Shown: positions 28,342-39,300 of the stretch, piece by piece | Layout: every line of letters starts with the position of its first letter | Position numbering within the stretch: the first letter of the stretch is position 1 | Origin: Heteronotia binoei | Lineage: Eukaryota | DNA: 64,000 nucleotides | Reading direction: 5' to 3' | Assembly: GCF_032191835.1 (NCBI RefSeq) | Contig: NC_083233.1 | Coordinates: 24,490,001 to 24,554,000 of the forward strand | The notes under the pieces: model-generated | What the model was told of the DNA's origin: nothing | Seen by the model: only the letters and a program-made list of their open reading frames with translations | Database searches by the model: none | Translations under genes and position numbers: made by a program

Positions 28342-28439
28342 TGCCCAGTTGATTTCCCAAAATTTCCAGGGATTTCTCAACCTGGAGCTGGCAACTCCAC
28401 TTAGCCACTGAAGAACCCGGGAGTTTTCAGACCCTTTTC

Positions 28440-28850
28440 CTCCTCCCAGGCCTATTGAGGGTGGGAAGGCGGGAAAACGAGGCTCGGCTCAGCTCAGCTC
28501 CCTCCTCTGCCGGGAGGGTGGGCGAGGGCGAGACTCGGGGCTGGCGGAAGGGAAGGGAAGGGAAGGGGCTCCAGTACCTGTCTCTCTCGCCGCCCCTGCG
28601 CAGCCCTCGGTCTCAGCGCCTTCCTTCCCGCGTCGCCGCCCGTTCCGCTTCCGCCTGGCGTCAGGCCCGGCCGGCTCTTTCTCTCCGGCGGCCGGTGAGT
28701 CACGGGAAGGAGGGCGGAGGGGAGGTGGTGGGCCCCGCATTAGGCCTCACCCGGTCCAGGAGGGGAAGCCGGGATTCTGCCCCTCTCCACAGAGTCCTCA
28801 AAACTAGGCTGCCCAACCCCGAAACCCCCTAAGTGACTCCCCCGGGCCCC
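28440..28850. promoter_or_regulatory. CpG island; probable bidirectional promoter for NIPA2-like (-) and TAF7 (+)
   Basis: GC/CpG-rich. Minus-strand donor CAG|GTACTG at 28577; plus-strand donor CCG|GTGAGT at 28695; tandem ETS/GABP-type TTCCGCTTCCG 28643-28653; pyrimidine initiator-like CTCTTTCTCTCC 28675-28686. Neither flanking gene's ATG exon has a CpG island of its own. Confidence 0.7.
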
Positions 28851-29010
28851 ACTGTGTCTATAAGCCTGGGGGTGAGGCCCGTCCTTTCAACCCCCCCCCC
28901 CTTCCAACTGTATGGCTCTCCCTCCTTGGAGGGCCCCCAATCTGTCCCCTTTGCTCACTTCCCCTCTGAACAAGTAGTATCACCGCTGCTGGTATTTTGC
29001 ATCTTTCGCT

Positions 29011-29305
29011 CCCCGTTGCACAGAGTGGTAAAGCAGCAGTACTGTGGTCTGAACTCTCTGCTCAGCGCCTGAGTTCGATTCTGGCGGAAGCTGGGTTCAG
29101 GTAGCTGGCCCAAGGTTGACTCAGCCTTCCATCCTTCCCAGGTCGGTAAAATGAGTACCCAGCTTGCTGGGGGGAAAGTGTAAAAGACTGGGGAAAGCAA
29201 TGGCAAACCACCCCGTAAAAAGTCTGCCGGGAAAACGTTGGGAAAGCAACGTCACCCCAGAGTCGCAAACGACTGGTGCTTGCACAGGGGACCTTCCCTT
29301 CCCTT
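29011..29305 (+). mobile_element. Sauria-type SINE
   Basis: tRNA-like head cacagagtggtaaagcagcagtactg, conserved body, BovB-like 3' end. Confidence 0.85.
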
Positions 29306-29438
29306 TTTTCCCTAACACAGCTTGCAGAGCAAAAAGGGGGGGCGGGGGGAGAGTCTGGTGCTTGCACAGGGGACCTTTCCTTCCCTTTTTTCCCTAACAC
29401 AGCTTGCAGAGCAAAAAGGGGGGGGGCGGGGGGAGAGT
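29273..29438 (+). repeat. Tandem duplication of about 82-84 bp (SINE end plus flank)
   Basis: Units 29273-29354 and 29355-29438 are nearly identical. Confidence 0.9.
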
Positions 29439-29974
29439 CAAGCAGTCTCTGAGAGAGGGGCGCATAAGAAAGGGGTGGGGAGGAGCAGAGCTGCTGTGAC
29501 TACGCAGGCAAAGGGCGGGGTTAGCTTGAGGACCTCAAGGCAGTTTACAGTGCTGTGAGTCCAGGGCCATCAAACCAGGTGGCCCCCGCCCCCCAAACTA
29601 CAAATCCTGCTGTGGGCCCCACCAAATATGAAATCCTGGCCACCCCCTTCCCAAAGATGCAGGAACACGTTTCTATAACGTCCCCCCCCCAGGTCATTTT
29701 TCTGTTTCTGTCCTCAAAGCCCCACCTCCCCAGAAGTGTGGGGCCAAGCCTCCACATTTTCCGAGATGGGAGGAGGCGCCTCACTGGGTCAGACCAGTGG
29801 CCCATCCCATCCAGCATCAGTTAGTGGCCGACAAGGAGGGAGGGGGCAAAGAGGCCTTCCCTGGTATTGCCATGCCAGCCCAACACAAAAGCTTTAACCT
29901 AGAATTATACTTTATTGGTCTTAAAGGTGCCACTGGACTCGACTCACGCTTTGGCCCTGGTTAGTTGTTGGGTG

Positions 29975-30612
29975 GGAGCCCAGTTGGGGGCAGGGGATCC
30001 CCCGGTTTTGGAGGCCCTCCCCATCACTTCAGGGTCACCAGAAAGCTGGGGGGGGGGGGCAATGTTCCCTCTAACCTGCAGAGTCTTGTGAGCAAAAATT
30101 CTACTTTGTGAGCTACAGGCATTAAAGTTGTGAGCTACTGCATCAATTAGTATGCTCTGGGGTCATCCTTCCTGAGCTACAACAAAAATGTGTGAGTTGG
30201 AGGCTAAAAATCTGTGAGCTAGCTCACACAAACTCACTGGTGGGGGGGAGGGAAATGTCTGCTGGGCATTCCATTATACCCTATGGAGACTAATTTCTAT
30301 AGGGTATAATGGAGAGTTGATCAATTGGTATTTGGGGCTCTAGGGGCCTGTTTTCTGTGGTAGAGACATGCCTCTCCTCAAAACACCCTTCAAGTTTCAA
30401 AAACCAGGGGGTCCAATTCTATGAGCCCCCAAAGAATGTGCCCCTATCCTGCATTATTTCCAATGAAAGGAAGGCATTGAAAAGGAGTGTGATCCCTTTA
30501 AATGTGAGGGCCAGAACTCCCATTGGAGTACAGTTGTGCTTGTCAAATCCTTGCTTCTGGCTCCACCTCCAAAGTCCCCAGATATTTCTAGGGTTAGAGT
30601 CCTGGCAACCCT
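29975..30612 (+). mobile_element. AGGGTTGCCA-family MITE interrupted by a CAGTGTTCCCTCTAA-family MITE (30060-30239)
   Basis: Outer parts are collinear with 27889-28341; the inner part matches 12196-12385. Confidence 0.8.
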
Positions 30613-31651
30613 CTCTGTTAATCTCTTGCCTTGAAAACCCTATAGGGTTGCCATAAGTCTACTGTGAATCAAGAGTGTGCTCCACCACCAGTACCCTGAT
30701 GTTGCCTCCTAGCGCTAGGTTTCAGAGAAGCATGCTGCTGGGTGTGGAGGTGGCCTGAATCTATTCTAAAACCTTCTGTGCTAGTGGCCATCATTATATC
30801 TACTAGTGAAGATTTTAATCAGTTTCAGGGGTGGCATTGGGTGAAATTCAACAGTACAGCACATTTTGGCTTACAGGAGGCCCTGTGTTCAAACCCTGGC
30901 TTGTCCAGCTGAAAAAGAAAATAGATTGACAGTCAGGTTGGGGAAGACCTTCTGACCTTGGAGAGTCATTGGCAGCGAGAGTAGATAATGATGGGATCAG
31001 ATAGACTCATTTTGTATAACATAGCATCTCCGTCAGTGCTGATTAAGGTGCTGATTAAGGCACCCGAGTGTGATGGGTGCTCGATTTCAGCCGCATTCCA
31101 GGAGGATTCAGAACGGATGCTTGTTTCCTCCCAGATCTGAATTCCTGCCCTGACTTAATTGGCATCTTGTGTAAGAATCACCAGGCGAGTTCTTTTCTTG
31201 TAAGAGGTTCTTTAAAAAACCAAACCAAACTGGTTAGTTTTATCTCTGAGACTGAGCAATGAATTCTAAAAATCCTTGGTTCAGATCTCTGCCACAAACT
31301 GCAAGCCTCTCTCAGCCTTCCACTTCAAAAGATGGAGGCAGTACTGACTTCCCTTGCAAGACTTATTGCATGGATGAAGGAGATGCTATATGTGAAGTGC
31401 TCGGTATAATATTTCGCATTTAAATTAGTGCTTCAGAGAGTTCAAAATACTTCTGGACTGCCTCCCTCTTTGCCAGCAGTTATGCTTAGTGGATGTTTTG
31501 AATGTTTTTGAAAGACTGACATTGATGATGAGCCACCTTGGTTAGTCCTTGAGCAAATATCTTTTTAATAGGGGGATAAGTTGGGGGGGATGATAGGAAG
31601 AAATAACCTTATACTGTATATTACAAAATTTGGCATCTTATTCATAGAGAC

Positions 31652-31834
31652 CAAGGGGTTTTTTTGTAGTAGGAACTCCTTTGCACGTTAGGCCACATAC
31701 CCCTGATGGAGCCAACCCTCCTGGAGCTTACAGTAGGCCCTGTAAGAAGAGCCCTGTAAGCTCTTGGAGGATTGGCTACATCAGGGGAATGTACCCTAAT
31801 ATGCAAAGGAGTTCCTGCTACCAAAAAAGCCCTG
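31652..31834. mobile_element. Palindromic hAT-type MITE
   Basis: Same family as 15826-16005; exact TSD ATAGAGAC. Confidence 0.88.
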
Positions 31835-33366
31835 ATAGAGACAGAGGAACAGTGATTGGTGTGTTTAATCTCCTTTGAGTAATAGAATGTTTCACCTGAA
31901 GTCACTTTTCTTTTCTTTTTCTTTTTTTTTAACTGAATCTTTTTCTGCATTTATGTTTAGTTTTTTTGAATGGTACAACTTTTTATAAACGTTTGCGTGA
32001 AGCAAAGAAGAGGAAAGATGGCGTCCACAAGTAATGCATTTGTTTCTTTTACATTTCTCTGGTGCTGGGTCTGTAGCTCTCTCTAGAAGAAGGAATAGGC
32101 TGGTCTCAAACGCAAAGATTCTTGCTGCTTTTCTGAAGTAATTCAAAGGAGAATTGCAAGCTTTTGGGGCAGGGGTTGGGGTGGATGAACCGCACACCCT
32201 GCTGAGGTTCTGTGATCTGAGACAGCAGCATCTGCTTCCTGTCACAAATGTGGTATCCATGTAACAAAAGCTGTGAAATCAGTGCGTTTAGAAGGCTGTA
32301 ACTCCGCTTCGATGGAAAGCGTAACAAAAACCCTGCTGTATCAGATCAGTAGTCCATCTACTCCAGCATTCTCTTTCACGCATTACCCAACAACCGCTTG
32401 CTCAGGAGGGCCAACAGGGTATGGGGGACAAGGCCCTTCCCTGCTGTTGCCTCCTAGCATTGGGATTCAAAGGCTTACTGCCTCTGGAAGGGGAGGTTCC
32501 CTTTACTTGATGGACCACTCCTCCATAAGTCTAAGTCCCTTGTAAAGCCATTGATGCTCGTGGCCATCACGGCACCAGTAATGCCTTTTATTTATTGAGA
32601 CTAACCAAAATCACCCAACCCACTAGGTTCCCTTGTGATCCTCCCTAATGCCTATCAGGAGATGAACTGCTTATTGAAGGGTGCTTGCCTGCTAGGAGTT
32701 GGCTGCTGATCCAGGCTCCTATCCTAAGAGCATGTTCCTAGGAGTAAGCCCCATGGAACAACATGTGACTTACTTTGGAGAAGCCCTGCTTAGGATTGCT
32801 GCCCCCAATCTCCTGCTTTTTCTTGCTTAGCCGTTCAACACCTCTTGCTCCAATCACGGCAGTCTCCTTGCCCCAATGGCTGCGTTCTCCTTATGCTTCC
32901 AGTTGTGAAATTACACCGTAAGGTTGGTATAACATTTGTGATGCTGAAGTCTGTGATCGCACCTGAACATCTGATGCTGCTGATCTTGCCTTATTTGAAA
33001 GAACTGGAGATAGCCTTGACAAAAGCTGAGCAGTCTTGAAGTGAAAAGTCTTGAAGCCATGAAAGTTTTATGTTTCAAAGCACAAGAAATTGCGGAGGAA
33101 AGCCAGTGCATATGCAGGGACTGCTTCCTCTGTTGCGCTTTTATTTCAAGTGGCTCTTAGCAAGCTTTGGGTCTAGAACATGCAATTGTGGATGACTTTA
33201 GCAAATTCTCTAGTTCCCTAAAATAAGGCGTCTGTGGGCAAAGTTTGTTGGTGTGCGTGCCACCCTTCTGCGACTCCTAGCAAGGAGAATACCAGAGTCT
33301 GTATCGTTAGGCCAGTGCATAACCATGCCATTTCACTTTTTGTTTTCTGGAACCCAAGAACAAAAG

Positions 33367-36300
33367 ATGAGCAAAAACAAGGATGATGCGCCCTATGAAT
33401 TGGAGAGCCAGTTTGTACTCCGACTGCCTCCGGTAAGGGACCTTTATAATAAATGCCTTTTAAAAACCTGCTTTATTCTGGTGCCAAAGAAATGCAGCTG
33501 GGTAGCATGACCTAACATTGCCTGTCTTATACCCTTGGTCCCTTTCATCTAAGGAATATGCTTCTACTGTACGGAGGGCAGTCCAGTCCGGAAGTGTCGC
33601 CCTGAAGGACCGGCTCACCATTGAGTTGCATGGTAAGAGAATGAGAATCTTGTCTGTTTGTCCTTGTATCTCATTGCCAAAGTCTGGCGCGCAAGTGCCC
33701 AGGCTTAGGATGGCATTCCTGGGCCTCCTTGCCCTGCACTCCAGGGAGCCCAGAAGGACTGTTCTACAGGTTGCTTCACTATCACTGCAAGAAGATGATA
33801 CTGTAAAGATAATAATGTGCCCAAAGTGCTGTCAGGGTGCATACTCTTTAGGCAATACATAGGATTTTTAAGGCAAGAAACAAACAAGAGGTGGTTTGCC
33901 ATTGGCTGCCTCTGCGTAGCAACCCTGGGCTTCCTTGGTGGCCTCTCATCCCAGTACTAAATTGGATCAACCCTGCTTAGCCTCCAAGATCTGACAAGGT
34001 CGGGCTAGTCTAGACTATCCATAATAATAATGATAATAATTCAGAATGGGTAGCTGTGTTAGTCTTTGTTAGCACAATTAAAGAGGAGCCTGGTAGCATC
34101 TTAAATGCTATCAAAAGTAATCCCAGTATAAATTTTCAGGAGTTGGAGCTCACTCTATAAGATGCATAGGAGTTTCCATTTGAAGCAGTGAAATTTACAC
34201 TTAAAATTCAAGCAATAGAAAGGAGTGGGGGAGAACATGGAGAAGTTAAAAGGAGAGGCCAGTATCAAACAATAATCAAAGAGGATTCAGTCCACTGAAT
34301 ACACTCAACTGTACTGAGTGAGATAACACAAATCCTTGTTCAAGCTTGGTAGTTGCTCAGTCTTCTCCCTCTTAGGTGGAGATGGAAGGAATATAGAGTT
34401 CTGAATTGGTGGCACTGTTTGCTGTGCTGTAAAATTTCATACATACCCAACAGGTCAAGATGTCATTGTGAGTAGGTAAGTTAAAAAAGCCCAACTGCTT
34501 TTCCTGTCATTCTGCAGCGGATGGGCGCCATGGGATTGTGCGCGTTGACCGTGTCCCATTAGCTGCCAAACTGGTGGACCTACCCTGCATCATCGAGAGC
34601 TTAAAAACCATTGATAAGAAAACTTTCTATAAGACGGCAGATGTTTGTCAGGTAGGTCCTATCAGAGAGTCCAATTCTTGACCCACCCCCGCTGCATCTG
34701 TAGATGGCCTTTCATTAGATGCTTCTCTTGAATGACCTGTCCCCTATCTCATGTCCATGATGCAACTTCTTACGGATTTGATAAAGTTTCTCATCAAAGG
34801 CTCCATTGTAAGCTCTAGAGTCATGGAGTAAAAGAACAGGTCCTCTTGTGGATCAAAAACTGGCTAATTAATAGGAAACAGAGAGTGAGTATAAATGGGC
34901 AATCTTCACAGTGCAGGGAGGTAAGCAGTGGGGTGCCGCAGGGCTCAGTACTGGGTCCCATGCTCTTTAACTTGTTCATTAATGATTTGGAGTTGAGAGT
35001 AAGCAGTGAAGTGGCCAAGTTTGCGGATGACACTAAATTGTTCAGGGTGGTAAGAACCAGAGAGGATTGTGAGGAACTCCAAAGGGATCTGTTGAGGCTG
35101 GGTGAGTGGGCGTCAACGTGGCAGATGAGGTTCAATGTGGCCAAGTGCAAAGTAATGCACATTGGGGCAAAAAATCCCAGCTACAAATGCAAGTTGATGG
35201 GGTGTGAACTGGCAGAGACTGACCAAGAGAGAGATCTTGGGGTCGTTGTAGATAACTCACTGAAAATGTCAAGACACTGTGCGATTGCAATAAAAAAGGC
35301 CAACGCCATGCTGGGATTTATTAGGAAGGGAATTGAAAACAAATCAGCTAGTATAATGCCCCTGTTTAAATCGAGGGTGCGGTTTCATTTGGAATACTGT
35401 ATACAATTCTGGTCACCACACTCAAAAAGGATATGATAGCATTGGAAAAAGTCCAGAAAAGGGCAACTAGAATGATTAAAGATTTGGAACACTTTTCCTA
35501 TGAAGAAAGGTTAAAACGCTTGGGGCTCTTTAGCTTGGAGAAACGTTGACTGCGGGGTGACATGACAGAGATTTACAAGGTTATGCATGGGATGGAGAAA
35601 GTAGAGAAAGAAGTACTTTTCTCCCTTTCTCACAATACAAGAACTCGTGGGCATTCAATGAAATCGCTGAGCAGTCGGGTTAGAATGGATAAAAGGAAGT
35701 ACTTCTTCACCCAAAGGGTGATTAACATGTGGAATTCACTGCCACAGGAGGTGGTGGCAGCTACAAGCATAGCCAGCTTCAAGAGGGGCTTGGATAAAAA
35801 TATGGAGCAGAGGTCCATCAGTGGCTATTAGCCAGAGCATATTATTGGAACTGTCTGGGGCAGTGATGCTCTGTATTCTTGGTGCTTGGGGGGGCACAGT
35901 GGGAGGGCTTCTAGACCCACTTGTGAACCTCCTTTTGTTTTGGCCACTCTGTGACACAGAGTGTTGGACTGGATGGGCCATTGGCCTGATCCAACATGGC
36001 TTCTCTTATGTTCTTATTAGCTCTGTTATAAAACATTTTATCCTACCTTGAAGCGTAGAAAACTATATTTCTTGAAACTTAATTGATCTTTGAGAGGCAA
36101 GACTGTGGCTGAATGGTAGAGCACTTGTTTTGCATGCAGAAGATTCCAGGTTCAATGTCCTGGAATCTCCACTGAAAAGAATCAGATAGTGGGTGATACT
36201 GAAGTCCCCAGAGAACCACTGCAACTCAGAATCAACAAAGCTAACATTGCTCAATGAATGTTTTGGCTCAGTATAAGGCAGGTTTGTGTTTTCTTTGGGG

Positions 36301-39300
36301 TGCATGACTGCTGATACAATTTTTGATGAAGCATTTGGTGTGCCTGTAAGCCTTCCTATATTTGCAGTTATCTCTTTTGTATTTGTGGGGGGGTTCAGAT
36401 GCTTGTGTGCACGGTAGATGGTGAACTGTACCCCCCTTTGGAAGAGCCAGCTACAAGTACAGACCCCAGAGCCAACAAGAAGAAGGACAAGGATCGGGAG
36501 AAGAAGTTCATTTGGAACCATGGCAGTGAGTAGGGGGACTATCGCCCTCTTCCTCTTTTCCCATTCAGTCCTTTCCACTGATCCTGAAAAGACTTGGGGA
36601 ATGTTTAGCAAGGCTGCCTGCCCATGGAACCACCCACTCACCTCCATTCATTTCTGTGGCGAAGAACACTGGCCTTGTTCCACCTCTTCAGAGGGGGCCC
36701 ATGCCTGTTCTCGTCTGCCTTGCCCGGCTAGTGGGGCAGGAGAAGCAGGACAGTCTGTTTAGTTAGTCATGTGTCCTTCTCATCTCCCACTCTCCTTTTT
36801 GTTAACCACTTTGCTGCTGTGTTCCAGTCACTCTTCCATTGAAGAATGTGAGGAAGAGGCGATTCAGAAAGACAGCCAAGAAGAAGGTGAGTTGCATCGT
36901 TCCCCTACGTAGCGGGAGCTTTGTTGTCAAGATCAAAGGATCAGCATTGAGCTACAATCACACAAAACCTTGCCCCAGGGGAAAGAACAGGACAGTTCTC
37001 ACAGAATCTGTTTGTGCACAACAAACCTTAGAAACTCATTTGTTAAAGTGATGTTTGTTGCTCAGACATGCCAGAACTAAAACTGCCATTTGTTCAGAGA
37101 CCAGGGCGAAGGAGGAAAGACATTTTAAAAACCAGCCATAAATTCAACCCTGAACATTGTTCAGCTTTAGATGCGTCTCATACAGTGCAGTCCTATGCAG
37201 AGTTTGCTCTTCTAGGTGCATGGAAATCATTGAACTTAGACTGGGTTGACTTGGCATAGGATAGTTTCAGGTGGGTGGCCATGTTGGTCTGTTAACACTA
37301 AAAGGTAAATGTCATCCCCTGTGCAAGCACCAGTCGTTTCCGACTCTAGGGTGATGTCGTATCATGGCAGACTTTTTATAGGGTGGTTTGCCATTGCCTT
37401 CCCCAGTCATCTACACTTTCCCCGCCCCCAGCAAGCTGGGTACTCATTTTACCGACCTTGGAAGGATGGAAGGCTGAGTCAAGCTTGAGCCGGCTACCTG
37501 AACCCAGCTTCTGCCAGGATCAAACTCGGGTCATGAGCAGAGAACTTGGACTACAGTACTGCACTTTACCACTTAACACTAGGGGTGTGCAAAAATATTT
37601 AACTAGTATTTTTGTTTGGGTCTATTAGACACCCTCCCCCCCAAAATTGGGGGATTTTAGAAAAATTACAGATCTCAATATGGTATGGCATTTGGATCTG
37701 GGATTTTTTGGAAATCCCAAATTTTTTTCAGGTCCAATAGACCCAAGAAGAAAAATACTGGTTAAAAAAAAAAGTCAGCTGAGCTGGTGGGGAACAAGAG
37801 CCAGTTTGGTGTAGTGGTTAAGTGTGCGGACTCTTATCTGGGAGAACCGGGTTTGATTCCCCACTCCTCCACTTGCACCTGCTGGAATGGCCTTGGGTCA
37901 GCCATAGCTCTGCCAGAGGTTGTCCTTAAAAGGGCAGCTTCTGTGAGAGCCCTCTCCAGCCCCACCCACCTCACAGGGTGTCTGTTGTGGGGGAGGAAAG
38001 TAAAGGAGATTGTGAACCACTCTGAGTGGAGGGAGGGATATAAATCCAATATCTTCTTCTATGGGCACAGCTGATCCTGGCTGGGCTCGTTTCTCCTTCA
38101 GTCTGGTTTATACAAGGCTGCAGGAGAAGGGAGCCCCTGGAGCACATTGCTCCACGTGGCACAGAAGATCCTGGCTGGGCTTATAGGAGAAGCCAGCACA
38201 AAGCCCAGTCTGTGGGGAGGAACCTGTTTCTGTTGGCAGAGGACTGGCTTCTTCTGCACACTGGTGTAAACCAGGCTGCATGAGAAGACAGCCCCAAGCT
38301 GAGCTGTCAGGAACAGTCTGCTCCCCACTGGCACAGCTGATCCTCAGGCTGTCTTTTGCAGTCCCTTTAAACTTTAAAGGGACTGCAGTAGAAGCCTGAA
38401 AAACATCTGTTTTCTCTTACCTCTCTGTTGTTTTTGGATCTGCCTGGTAATCCCCAAATATATCCAGGGTTTTTTGAGGGGATTTCCCCCCTCCAAGAAA
38501 TCCCAAATTAATTTGAGATGCCGAAATATACCCAAATAATATAGGCAAGGTGTTTTTTAGTTAAATTTTCAGCTCAGGTAGAACTGCACACCCCTAATTA
38601 ACACCCTGAAGACCAACTAGATGTCCAGGTTGTAAACTTTTGAGAGTTGAAGCTCCCTTCCTCAGGTCAAGGTATTTAGTAGGGCTTTGGGGAGGAAGTT
38701 GAGACCTGTTTAGAATACTCAAGAGATCAAGGGGGCGGTAGTGAGTTTTATGAGAGCGCAACAACAATGTCTTTGGAAGCAAAGAGGTTGAAATGTTGCC
38801 AATGGTTTTTTTTTTGGTGGGGGGATGGTATAAAACATTTTTATACCACTTTTCCACCCAACTCAGGGTCCCCAAGGCAGCAAAGTATGTTTGAGGCATA
38901 GCCGGCAGCTAGTAGGGCTGTCTTTTTTTTTTGCTGAGTGTTAAATACCTGCCTTTTCTCTCTTTCCCCCTCTCTCTGGCCCAGTACATTGAGTCTCCTG
39001 ATGTGGAGAAGGAAGTGAAGCGCCTGCTGAGCACAGATGCTGAAGCTGTCAGTGTCCGTATCCTTTCATAACACCTAAAATGGGATTTGCCTTACATAGA
39101 CTGTTTTTACATTTCCTGAATGGTAAAACACACCACCTCCCTGCATGCACAGTCTGCAAACTGAACCACCCCGTTCTGCTTTGGGATTAAATAATAGAAA
39201 ACCCTCATATACACATAAAATACTCCCAGCAGTTTGTCATAAAACAGTTGCCTACCTTTCCACTGTCAAGGCAGTTTTTTAAATTCAGTGCTGGTGCAAA

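Noticed and set aside
34846-35831. Reverse transcriptase ORFs as an active retroelement or host gene
   Set aside because: 5'-truncated and frameshifted CR1 with no endonuclease domain or ORF1.
37798-37870. tRNA-like sequences at SINE heads (also 6972, 25894, 39969, 50310, 29011)
   Set aside because: A/B boxes continue into SINE bodies in many copies; no complete cloverleaf, so not tRNA genes.
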